A stretch of DNA of 64,000 nucleotides from Takakia lepidozioides (Eukaryota > Plantae > Bryophyta). Below the pieces are notes generated by a model. The model saw only the letters and a list, made by a program, of their open reading frames with translations. It did no database searches and was not told the DNA's origin. Both the position numbers and the translations under genes were made by a program. The DNA is taken from the NCBI GenBank assembly GCA_030704615.1, contig CM060734.1:25792001-25856000 (forward strand). The letters are read 5' to 3'. Shown piece by piece: positions 11,431 to 23,126 of the stretch; position 1 is the first letter of the stretch, and each line of letters begins with the position of its first letter.

Positions 11431-12260
11431 CAACGTGGATATTAGTAAGAGAAATAAGGTAAGGGAACACATTGTTGCATGAAGAGTCCAAGTTGGTTCA
11501 GAATGAGTTTGTGCATTGTATGGGACGGTTTTGAGGTATTGTCTTAATACAATGTCACACGGTCTTCATCATGTTTATTTCTTTTCGTGCTTTGATGGGA
11601 TGGTTTGTATGCGACATGACGTCTCAATCACATCCGCAATGAGATGATCAGTGGCAGTGTGCAGGGGATTGTGTGACATGCAATGCCGTAGTAGGGCCAT
11701 CGTAGCATCTGTCTTGCTATTTGAAGTTAGTAAAAATAGTATTTCACATTTATGAACTACAAATCGCAGCCCCCAAGTCACTGCAACCACTACGAGTGCC
11801 TGCTTCCCAAACCATAGTCGATTAATATGACTAGCAAAGAAGTGCATTTCAAACCTCCAGTTGCATCTGTCACTTCAACTTAAATCACTGCAAGTGGTTT
11901 CCGGAGTTGTCGACACCACTTGCAAGTCGTGAAGGCGACCAGCAGACAACTCACCGCGCCACGTGGTGTGGCCTTAGGCTTGCACGTGGCCAGATCCGGA
12001 ATGCCATGCGAGTCCCTGGAGGCACTAGCTAGTCCTGTCGCTTACTAGGAGTGAAGTACCACGAGAGGTATTGAACAACTTTGCAGTCGTGAAGCCAGCT
12101 AGCCGAAAACATTCTAATAACCGTGCCACGTGGCGGTGCCAACAGTGTGCACGTGCCCATCGCAGTTTGCCCTACGTAGTTGTTGAAACAACTTGCCAGT
12201 TATTTCATCAACTAGTGGTCAGTATTCGTGTAGCATTAAATCATAACTATACACCTGGGT

Positions 12261-12985
12261 TGTCGCGGCCCCTTGCCTTGAGGGCAGGGGGTCGGGACAC
12301 AAGAGGGGCTGCCCCTGTGGTGGGGGCAGTGGCAACAATAGGTACGGGGGCTGAAGCACCCTTGAGTGCCCAAGGCACTCAAGGAGGCGGAGGCGCTCAC
12401 TAGGTGGAACCCCGCACACCGGGTTGCGGCGGGGGTGGGTCCACGAGCGGTGGTGGTAGCTTAGTGGGTCTTAGTGGGGGTGGCATAGGACTCACCATGG
12501 GGCGGAGACCTTGTGGTGGGAGTCCTGGGGAGTCTTGGGACTCATCACGGTCCAATGGGGGCGTGGTGGGTGGGCCAAGACTCACCGCGACTCATCACCG
12601 GGAATCGAGGGTCTTCGTGGTGGTTCGCCATAAAATGACTGGGTTGTTTGTGAAACCCCCGCGGACAGTCCCAAAAGTATATATAGGGAGTAGTAACCCC
12701 GAGAACGGTGCAAGCCCGTTGGTGACAAAAAACTAGTGAGTAAGCGTGTGAGCCGGAAAGCGACCAAGGTGTGGGGAGTTGTTCCGGACTGCCAACAATC
12801 AAAGGGAATTTCCACTAGGCCCAAAGTGAGTGAGGGTCTTGTGGAGGAGCAAAGGGGGACCGTTATGTCCCGGTGAGCAGCCGAAGCTCCGAGTTGGCCC
12901 GGCGGCCAGTTTGGGAGTTAGGCACGCGCATCAAAGCGAGTAACTATGACATGAAGGGGAGCTTACCGAAGTGAGGTGCGCAACA
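12261..12985 (+). mobile_element. Solo LTR, family E
   Basis: TGTCGCGG...GCGCAACA; TSD TGGGT/TGTGT; homologous to 15924 and 34945. Confidence 0.88.
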
Positions 12986-14229
12986 TGTGTGAAGCAGTGT
13001 GGGTATGACACGTGTCTTGCCTCCAAGAGAACATGTGCAGTTCCGGCACATAGCTACGCGGCAGTATGTCCGCAGTGAAGACCGTGGCGAAGTCGCACCC
13101 CCCGGTGCGACTCCTTCTTATTCTTTACAAGAAAGATTAAGAGATTTGGTACAGAAAGTAGATCAGCCTCAAGGGGAAAGGTTGGAGGTGATTCCATGGG
13201 TAAAAGATTTAACAAAAATCTTTGATCAGAGTTGGCACGGTACACCAAGAGCAGGAACTCCAGTTTATGAAACACCAGCCAAGGAAGGAGAGGAGGATGA
13301 GGCAGAGCCAACAGAGAGTTCATACTCTCCAACACCACTTCAATTGAGTTATATGAGCGAGGAAGAAGAAATCCAAGATAAAAACTTGGAAGATGAAAAC
13401 AGGGATAAAAACTTGGAGGACGAAGAGTATGAAGACGTAGACCCAACAGTTCATGTTGGTATTGCAACCAGGACATCCCAACTTGTTGGACCAAGATCAA
13501 GTGACACACTTGGATCACTGGCCAACAAAGGTGTCGGCTCAGGGGGATCAGGCAAGCAGCTTGGATTTGGCTCTGGGGGGACAGGGAGTGTGGGAAGTAC
13601 TGCAACTGGAACTGGGGGTACTGCAAACACAGGGGGGCCTGTAGCATGAATTGCTCAGGGGTCAACACTTGGTGGGGGTTCAACCACTACCACATCGGGT
13701 CCTCAAGGACCAACACCTACAGGAGGTCCAGCACCAGCCACAGGGCCACAGATGGCAGTAATAGCTGCAACTCGGGCGAAGCCACCTTTTCCTATATACG
13801 CAGGAAAAGGAGATCCTGATGTACACATCAACCAATTTGAGCACATGTGTATAGTGAACAATGAGAATGGTGAAGATGCAAAACTGAGATTATTTCCTTG
13901 TTCACTTATCAAGAAATCAAGTGAGTGGTATGCTCGATTTCCTGATAATCATTTTCTAACTTGAAATGGCCTTAGTACATTCCGGAATAGGTTCAAGACA
14001 AGCAAAACTGAGGACGAGGTGTATAGTAGTCTACAACAGTTGAGACAAAAGAAGCATGAAACTATTGAAGAATATCTGGAGAAGATGGAATTAATGGTCA
14101 GGAAGTTGGCTGATGTGCCACCAGCAGGTCTACAAAAGACTTGGTTTGTGAGTGGACTGAGACATGAGTTACAAAAGAAAGTGGATATGTTACCCAAAAA
14201 TATAGTGGAAGAGGCATTTGAAACAGCCA

Positions 14230-15923
14230 ACACCATTGATTCTGGTTCTGTCTAATAGCGATATGTTCATTGTTCTACATATATCATGCAATGCATACTT
14301 GAATCTAAGACCTCCACGTTATAACATTTCTATGTATCACAAAAGCAATCTAAATATATATATATATATACATAGAAAGATTTCCTTCAAGTTCCTTCAA
14401 GTTCATTCTAAGGGGGTCTCTCTTGTGACGCCGGGGAGTTGCAACCTCCACAACCTTAGTGCCCAGCCCCAGCCCCAGCCCCAGCGTCGTTGCTGTTGTT
14501 GCACCCCCCACCCGCCAGGCGTCCCAAGCGACGTCCTTGTGATGACCTAAGCTGACCACAACACCATTGCGACCCCCTGTGGCGACACCATTGCGACCCC
14601 CTGGCGTCGCAACGTTGGGCGTCCCAGCGCGGGGCGCCCCCAGCGACGCTTTTGTGAAGTTGAGGGCCGCAAAGCCCAAAAAAAAATAATACAAACTCCC
14701 ACTGTGGTGATGCTGTTGCAACGCCCTGGTGTCGCAGAGGCGCTGGGGCGCCCTTAGTGACGCTTTTGCGACGCCGAGGCGTCGCCCTTAGTGATAGTGA
14801 CGCTTTTGCACGCCGAGGCGTCGCAACGTCCAATTATTTTTTATAATTTTTTGGATTTCCGACGCCAGGGCGTCGCAAGAAAAAAATCCGTCGCAGCGAG
14901 GGCCCTCTTTCCCCCTTCATGCCACCTTACGACGGCTGGGCATCGTAATGGTGTCGCAGCGGGGGATTGCGACGCCGGGGCGTCGCAAAAAAGGGCCGCG
15001 GGCTCAGTGTCGCGGGCTCAGCGCCGCGCGGGGCGTGGGGGCGCAGCTGGCGTCGCAAACCCCCCCCATTTGTTGTAGTGATTTTGGGTACCACATCATC
15101 GTTCATTTGAGGTGTGGGCTTTCTATATGTTCAATGACTCCAGCGCCAAGGTAGATGTGCAGCGGCCCTAACTTATGAGGTGTGTCATGTGCCATTCTAG
15201 TGGATCTGCTCAGAGCTCTCAAAGCTCAACTAAATCCCGTAAGGGTTTGGTATCTTACAATCCTGATCATGGAATCACTACTATGAAAAAGCATGTATCT
15301 AATGAGCATGGGCCTGAACTTTTGAAGTAGAAGGCACATAGAAAATGTCTCCTAGAGCAGACGCTAGCCACCAAACGACAAAAAACGAAGAAGAGAGAAT
15401 CAGTAACTCCATCTGCCATAACATCTTTTTTTGGATCTGCTAAGCCTTACAGGCAGGACAACCCTGCTCAGATACGTTTCATTGAGGATTTAGTGCTTAT
15501 GATTGCTAAGGGCTACATGCCTTTGTCTGCAATAGAGAATCCATGGTTGAGGCGGCTGGTTATGCGTCAATGTGGTCAAGTGGTATTTCCTACCAGGAAG
15601 CAACTTGTGAAGGAACATCTTCCTAATTTGTTGGAGAAAACTATGGAACGGTATGTGCTGCCTTGCATTGCACAAGCTGTTACCGTGACAACTACCTTTG
15701 ATTTGTGGATGAGTAGATCTGGATGTGATACTTTTGCCGTTGTCATCAACTTCATCAATGAAGTGTGGATTCCAAGTCACATAACTATTGGCTTGTTTGA
15801 GGCACCCGACACTTGTGGAACAACTCTTGCCCAACAGGTGAAGGCCCTCTTGGCAGAGTACAACTTGACAAACAAAGTGGTGGCATATGTGAAAGATGAA
15901 GGCGCCAATTTGGCACCCTTACT
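14230..15923 (+). mobile_element. hAT DNA transposon fragment (GC-rich subterminal region and 5' half of transposase)
   Basis: GCGACGCC/GGCGTCGC repeats at ~14420-15060 followed by BED finger and hAT catalytic region; the exact left end was not identified. Confidence 0.8.
15090..15920 (+). pseudogene. hAT transposase remnant (BED zinc finger, dimerisation region, first two catalytic Asp)
   Basis: VWAFY...CVMC...ITTMKKHVSNEH; TTTFDLWMS; YVKDEGANL; in-frame stops; cut by an E LTR. Confidence 0.88.
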
Positions 15924-17645
15924 TGTCGCGGCCCTTTGCCTTCAGGGCAGGGGGTTGGGACACAAGAGGGGTTGCCCTTGTGGTGGGGGCAATGGCAACA
16001 ATAGGTACGGGGGTTGAAGCACCCTTGAGTGCCCAAGGCACTCAAGGAGGCGGAGGCGCTCACTAGGTGGAGCCCCGCACACCGGGTTGCGGTGGGGGTG
16101 GTTCCACGAGGGGTGGTGGTAGCTTAGTGGGTCTTAGTGGGGGTGGCATAGGACTCACCATGGGGCGGAGACCTTGTGGTGGGAGTCGTGGGGAGTCTTG
16201 GGACTCATCATGGTCCGATGGGGCCGTGGTGGGTGGGCCAAGACTCACCGCGACTCATCACCGGGAATCGAGGGTCTTCGTGGTGGTTCACCATAAAATG
16301 GCTGGGTTGTTTGTGAAACCCCCATGGACAGTCACAGAAGTATATATAGGGAGTAGTAACCCCGAGAACAGTGCAAGCCCGTTGGTGACCAAAAACTAGT
16401 GAGTAATCGTGCGAGCCGGAAAGCGACCAAGGTGTGGGGAGCTGTTCTGCCATCAACCAAAGGGAATTTCCACTAGGCCCAAATTGAGCGAGGGTCCTGT
16501 GGAGGAGTAAAGGGGGGGACCGTTATGTCCCGGTGAGCAGCCGAAGCTCCGAGTTGGCCCGGCGGCCAGTTTGGGAGTTAGGCGTGCACATCAAAACGAG
16601 TAACTATAACCTGAAGGGGAGCTTACCGAAGTGAGGTACGCGACACGTGGTATCAGAGCTTAGAGTTCAGTAAGCGATCGTCCTTGAGATTGGCCTCATC
16701 ATGGGGTTGGGCAAGACAAAGCAAAAGCGGAACGGCCCAAAAGATGATGATCCTGGTGAGCCCGGTGGGGGCGACGTGCACCGAAGCGGCAATTGGAAGA
16801 GACGATTTATGCTTCTGAAAGCGAGGCCGCTCAAGAACGGGAGGAATTTTTGGGTCCAGAGCCCGAGGACTTCCCAGAGGCTCCGCCAGACCAACAGATG
16901 TCTCCCATGCCAGCCGCCTTTTGGGAAGGGTGTTGGCGCAGTTTGGGGCGGACGTTGAAAGACGTGTTTGAAGGCGGCTAATACCATTCCACTAAGGCAA
17001 AGTTTAAGGTGACGCCTAAGGAACCTGGCACCCGCCCTTCTAGGGCGTCCGAAATCGGAAGCACTCAACACCTGGCTCTTGGAGCTAGAAGCATACTTTC
17101 GGGCGGCCAAGTTGAGTGACAGGAATCGGGTGGGACGTGACTCCCACCTATTTGAGAGGCTATGCTCAACAATGGTGGCAAAAACGCCTTCATGATCAAG
17201 GTCCAAACCCAGACCTTGAGCTGGAGTGGGTTCAAGGAACTTATGAAAATGCAGTTTGTGCACCTCAACGCGTCCTGGCTCGCCCGGACAAGATGAGGAA
17301 TTTGAAGCACAAACGGATGACATTCGGGGATATGTTCAGGCTTTCAATGTGTTGTTGCTCGAAGTCGCGGATATGGCGAAACCAGAAATGGTCTTCAACT
17401 TTGTGGCGGGACTGGCCCCATGGGCCAGACGGAAGTTGGAGGAGAAGCCACCTAAGACTTTGAATGAGGCAATTGAAAGGGTTGAATGTTTCTCGGATGT
17501 CCCTAGGGGCAAAAGACAAGGCCGTACGGAGCTGAACCACAAGAAGACCTGGCGGGAGGGTGACTCCTTCCGACCGGAAAAGAAGTGGGATAGGCCACGC
17601 GGCGACAATGGCACATGGAAATCGAAGGGAGGGCCTCTTGGGGGG
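15924..17645 (+). mobile_element. Family E element, 5' part: LTR 15924-16645, tRNA-Met PBS 16648-16659, degenerate gag
   Basis: TGTCGCGG...CGCGACA then TGGTATCAGAGC; gag fragments LNTWLLELEAYF, YAQQWWQ, FNFVAGLAPWARRKLEE. Confidence 0.88.
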
Positions 17646-18339
17646 TGCACTCTTTATAAAATGTCCGTATCACGTGCGTTCGCCGCCTAATAAAAAAACC
17701 CCCTGTATACGGGTCCTTGGATCATTTATACCCCCTTTGTACATACATTTTGAAGATTATAAAACCCCCTCTTGTAAATATATAGAAATTTGTAATCTTT
17801 AAAAAGTACCCGCTTCTATATGTATATTTCCCTTTTCAATCATTAAAAAATACTCTCAAATATGTACACGTATGTTTTTATATTATATCAAGTTATTAAT
17901 TTAAAAACAGAATAAAATCTAATGAATTAATAAAAAAATATCTGTTTGCCCTCGATAAAATTATCAAAGACTTGGAGTGGAATCTCACTTTGAACAATAA
18001 ACAGATGCAGAGAGGAAAGGGACATTGTCAATGCCCGATGTGCAAGAGGCCTGAAGAAAGTTTCCATTTTCTAATACACAGTCCTTGGTATTTTCATCAG
18101 AGAGTGACCCTCTTGAGGACCATCAAGACCTTAGTCACTGCACCTTTGTTCATCAACTAGGACAGTTTTCTGAACTTGTTCTACAGTTTCAACCTTTGCA
18201 AGGTCCAATTATGTTCAAAACCTACTGTTGAGAATTCCTCTCCGAAAAGATTTCATGCACCTTTGTTGCCACTGTCGGAGTCCAACCTGACTCGCAGCTG
18301 GCAGAGAATGCATTCAATTAGGTGACAAGCATTTCATTG

Positions 18340-19715
18340 CAGCAGTACTCCCCACAAGAACAAACACCATTTTGGAAGCGGTTGGCATCCCGTACAACAA
18401 TCTCTCGCTTAGCTATCTTTGAGATGAACGTGAAAATCCACTGATAATAAGAAGGTGGAAGGCAATGGTTGTGAGGGTAAAAGCATAGCCCCATTGATCC
18501 TTTAGGGGTGGTATTCATTTCAAGAAGCGAAAGACTACACCCCCGATGAAAACACATAAGATCTGCACACACCAGATGTTACGTTATGATGGACATTCAA
18601 GCTTGCAAATATGACTATAAAGATTGTAGAGAAAAGGCGTAAAGAATCCTTTGCACACCAATTCTACACCTATAGGAACACATTCAAGCTTAAGATGCAT
18701 GGTGAACAAAGTAGGAGGAGGGAACTAAATGACATAACCTACACAACTGCATTTAGTGGGGCTGCCTCCACACACAGAAACATGTCAAAGAGATTATTCT
18801 TGACTCCCTAAAAAGCATGGAAGTCGCAAATGAAGTGAGATTGTCTTACCACATAAAACGGATAAATAGATTTCCCTAGTAGTGGCCCCGAGTTGATTCA
18901 AAACAATAGCTATGGCGACCGCTGCCAAAGTTCCCAAGACCCGATTTAACCCATTACTGACATAGAGGCCAATATTACTCTCATAAATAAGATCAGTTGT
19001 TAAAACAGCCCATAGTGCAATTGATGAAATTCCATCACATGGAGGTGGAAAAGATACAACACAAAATATAGTAGCCATACCAGCAGTTAATCCTACAAAC
19101 ATCAAACTATCTTATGTTAGACATGTTTATCCTTAAGACCTAATGTTATCATTTATGTAACCATAATCCACTCATGAAAAAACATCATGTCAAAGATAAA
19201 TAACTCTAGCATTATGACAGTCGCAACCTTAATCCATTTTAAAGCAGGCTATGTGGCAGTCACACACACCCGAAGGTTCTTGATGATCCCCAAAGGCATC
19301 CCAGAGGTTGTGTTGATAAGACCAAAAGCAATGGCCAGCTTCTCATTGTGGTGTCAAAGAGACGATTCTTTAAGCTCTTCCTCAACATCATGCAATGCAA
19401 AGCGTGGGCTTCACTCCTTCGCACATCATTTGCTCATAGGTCTCCAAAGCCTCCATCCCGTGCCCTTGCTGTGCATATCCTGCAATCATCGCACTCCACG
19501 ACAACACATCTCGTTCAGCCATACTGTCGAACATGCCCTTCATACATTTCCACGAGGGTATTGTTCATAATGACATTTGATACAATTGCAGCTCTGACAA
19601 TGTCGCCATGGACCTCTTTGCCATTTTCCAGAGCTGCCAGGCTTGCACATGCATTGCAAATGCACACAAATGTGATGTGGTCGAGCTTCACCCCTTCCCC
19701 CATCATTTGATCATA
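18340..19715 (-). pseudogene. PLS-class PPR-DYW (RNA-editing factor) pseudogene, internally deleted; 16 more bp at 22342-22357
   Basis: PPR GVKLDHITFVCICNACASLAALENGKEVH; DYW HDVEEELKE...[14 protein letters not shown]...IIKNLRVC and FISKIAKREIVVRDANRF.NGVCSCGEYC. Confidence 0.85.
18432..19100 (-). pseudogene. ALMT: ALMT (aluminium-activated malate transporter) gene fragment: two exons and an intron (18563-18849)
   Basis: ALWAVLTTDLIYESNIGLYVSNGLNRVLGTLAA and PPLKDQWGYAFTLTTIAFHLLIISGF match the ALMT transmembrane signature; GT..AG intron. Confidence 0.75.
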
Positions 19716-22341
19716 TGTAGTGTGAATGCAGGGGAGTGACATTGAAATTTTTGTTCACCGAGATTCTACATTTCTACAAAAGAAAGGGCCCTGGTACCAA
19801 TGTGAAAATAGGTTGAGTTGTCCCTGCAATTTATTCCATACATGTTTCTAGGTTACATCATGGGAACGATGGGGAACTCTTGGCCAGGATGAAAGTGGCT
19901 AAGTCATGACCAGGCGTATTTTCTTCCGGATGATGAATGGATTACATCCATGCTTACTAGATGACTCCTAGGAACGAGGACGAAAGATCCAGTGCCAAGA
20001 ATGCAACAAATTTGTGATTAACTCTGTTAATGAAACCTAGCACGTTTTCCGTTCGTGAAAGTGGATGATTTTCGTCACTGGCGGTTACCCTAGAAACGCG
20101 GGACGAGGAAGATGAAGGGGCAGATGACGGGGGCTCTGAGCAGATGCTGCGAACAGTGGAATTAGCAGGGCATTGTGTCAAGGGCGATTGCATCTATGCT
20201 GGGGCATCTGGCTTGAATTAAGGGAAGTGTTAATGTAGAGGATTAAGGCACAACTTGATAATCTGTGCAGCAGGGAAAGCGGTGCCGCCATCTTCTTGGT
20301 AATGAACGATTTCTGGAGGATATGCTTACAGGGAGATCGGCGTGGCATGCGATGGAGCAATCAGTTAACAGGCGGTGCCGTCGCTGCTATGGTGAATGGG
20401 TAGCTTAGGGCTTGCTGGAGGATAATCGTGCAGGGAACAACTAGGTAATTTGTGTTCAAGCAAGGTGAAGGGAGGCGGTGCAGTAATCATTTCATAGCTT
20501 TGAAGAAAGGGAGTGCTGCAGGATGATTCATGAAGGGCAAGGGAAGTAATATCATGTGCTACTGACAGAAGTAAAGGTGAAGGAGCAGCTCGACATGACG
20601 AGCATCTGCCAGAGGTAGGGTGTGCAAACTGATACTGCCACCATTGCATTCATGTGCGATTATTGAAAGCTGCACTTGTGGGAGAAACAATTGCTGCCAG
20701 ATGACAGGCAGCGATGGGATTACTGACTTGGCCACATGTTGACTGGTGCAATCGCCAGAATGAGGGCATTGGCTTGTGGACAGTGAATCAGGTTATCTGT
20801 AAATAAGGAGGCAAGGAGTGAAATGTACAGAGCAAGAAGCTTTCAGATGATGACTGTCTTCTTGTTATAAGATCATATCAGATCTTAGGGTAGATTAGCA
20901 GAGATGGTGGGATAGGGTAGTTAGTTGGCAAGTGACAGGGTTACTGCCATGGACTGAAGCAGAGCCATCATGACTCACTAACGCTTGAATCAACGAATAT
21001 CTGAAAGGTGGAGTGGCAGAGCGATGACAGGATCTGACATGCATAGATATTTGTTTTTACAACGTGGCATTCAGACGACAAGAGGAGTTAGGGTAGCTGC
21101 TGACAGAGATGGTGAGGTGCCATTTCGGGCAGGCAATCCCACCGCTTCACCTGAAGTATAAGACAGCTAAGTTCGTAGATGCATGGCTCTTCTCTCAGAC
21201 TTAGGAATAGTGGCTTCTTTTTCACTTAGGAATAGTTGTTGTTGCTTTGACTTAGGAGCTCTCAAGCAAGACTGATGTAGGAGATAAGATTTTGAGAAAT
21301 GGAATGGAGGTGGCCTGACTTCAAACCAGGGAGATTGTAGAGAGGATGTGAGAGGATGCATATGTCCGTGGGGATATTGATTAGAGGGCAGATGCAGTCC
21401 CACCATAGTCACTGAGTGTATGATGTTTTTTTTTGCTTCAGATCATCTGTTTCCAGTAGCATGAATCTGGACCCAATGTTGCATTGAAGGTTGATGTCAA
21501 ATGTACATGCAATTTTGAGCACAGTAGAGCACAAACCAGTAGGGTTAGCTGCCTTTTTAACAATAGAAAGATGAGGGTGATGGTGTTTCATTGGAGAACT
21601 AGGGTATTCTGAATTTATGTGGCATGCATACATTAGAGGGATGAAGTGGAAAATTATCTTAAGCTATTTAGTGTAGCTGCCTTACTGAAGCTGAAACCTG
21701 AAGTTTGATCCCAGAATGAGGGATTTAGTTTGGGAACTCTGTTGGTTCAAAGCTGAATGCAAAAGGTAAGGATGGGGTAGAATGTAGATACAGATAATGG
21801 GCTCTTTATCACTGACTGACTGACCTGAATTGTCTCTGAAAGCAATCAGAATGGAGGGCCTTGTTTGGGAAGAGAGAATGACCAAACAGGGAATGTGGGG
21901 CATCCTTGAGATATCAAATCACAAATTTTGTGTCTGGTCCTACTGGATGTGTTGCCTTGGTGTAATTGCACAGCATGTAGGAAGGGTGCAGTGTTCTACA
22001 TGATACCCAGGGAATATTTGGTCATGCAAGGGTGAGAAAAGAAATCTGGAGAGCTGCATAGAAAAAGGAAGAACGAAGGGATAACTCAGTTGTAAGCTGA
22101 GAGATAAAGATGGAGAAACTTCCCAGTCCCATCCATGTTTTCTCTTCCGCTGCGGCATGGATGAGGGCATCTGGTCTCTGGTCATTAACAGTAAAAGGGT
22201 CAATGATTGAGGATAGTGATTTAGGGTAGCAAACTTGTCTTCACTAGGGTGTAATGGGCTGGGGCAGCCAGCTTCTTTGCACTACGAACCAGATTTAGAT
22301 TTTTACAGAAGGGATTCATGCCCTTCCTTTTTCACACTACA
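19716..22341 (+). mobile_element. Solo LTR, family C (2626 bp)
   Basis: 11-bp terminal inverted repeat TGTAGTGTGAA...TTCACACTACA; perfect 4-bp TSD CATA; homologous to 54820 and 60511. Confidence 0.9.
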
Positions 22342-23126
22342 CATAGGTCTCCAAAGCGAGGTTAGCTATTTCATGAGCATGAGCGGCATGAGCGGAGTAG
22401 CAAGACAATCGGTTTTCATGAGCAGAAGTACAAATTTCGAAAATAAAAAAACATTATAAAACATTAATTTAATGCAATGTGTCAGAAAAAACAAATATAT
22501 TATTCGGCACCTTGAAGGGAAAATTGTAGTTTTGAGAGTTGTGCTCATCATATTTCGTCTTCCGTTCATGCCAATTCCCAGCGACATGTGCAAAAATGGC
22601 GCCGAATTTCGTGGTAATAGGGTCCGTAACCGGAAAAAACCGCGACGTATTTCGCGGTAATAGGTCTCTCTGGCGAAAAATGGTGCCGAATTCCGCGGCT
22701 ATAGGTCCCCTCATGACAGGTGTGTAAGCCCAAAATTTGGAAATGTGGCGCCGAATTTCGGTACATGGTGCCGGGGATTGCACAGATGTTGGGCAGTTCT
22801 GGGCCATGTAACTGGAAATTCGGCGCCATTTTTCCAGTGCATGTTCGGACTTAGCCAGTTTTCAGCGCGAAATAGGGAAATTCGGCGCCATTTTTCCAGA
22901 CACGGGTACCAGTGCATGTTGGGACTTAGCTAGTTTTCGGCCCAAAATAGAGAAATTCGGCGCCATTTTTCCATAAATGGCCCCACAACTGCTGTTGGAT
23001 CTCAGTTTGAATGGAATATTGCCTCATTCCAGGAGTTTTGGGGTGCATTTCATTACACTGCAAAAAAAAATCTGATACATGAAAATGCAATTGAAAATAT
23101 CCATATGGAGGATTCCCTTTGCCCCA

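Larger units (their letters stand above)
9304..13112 (-). mobile_element. Fragment of a MULE-associated accessory (ParB-type) gene region inserted in A2 gag
   Basis: Contains exon GQTWWLQIW matching GQTRWLQIW at 31291-31318, plus the terminal motif and GGCGCC repeats shared with MULE D. Confidence 0.6.
7606..14229 (+). mobile_element. Family A copy A2 (5' LTR, PBS, ORF0, gag), gag interrupted by a 3.8-kb insert and 3'-truncated
   Basis: LTR, PBS and ORF0 present; gag stops at 9303 and resumes at ~13110. Confidence 0.9.
9145..14229 (+). pseudogene. gag: gag of A2, in two pieces (9145-9303 and ~13110-14229)
   Basis: N-terminal SDEREARLQRY; capsid-like YAGKGDPDVHINQFEHMC...LRLFPCSL...LRQKKHETIEEY. 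Confidence 0.85.

Noticed and set aside
12400-12736. Gly-rich/Pro-rich ORFs recurring in all three E LTRs
   Set aside because: Lie wholly within a G-rich LTR, the plus-strand ones start at GTG, and recurrence is explained by LTR identity
15920-16017. C-terminus of the 174-aa hAT ORF
   Set aside because: Read-through into the inserted E LTR
17646-17700. Possible Helitron end next to the PPR/ALMT mosaic
   Set aside because: Weak resemblance only; no clear hairpin with CTRR terminus
19957-22203. Short ORFs repeated in both C solo LTRs
   Set aside because: The copies are close at DNA level, stop positions differ, and the ORFs are absent from the diverged third copy
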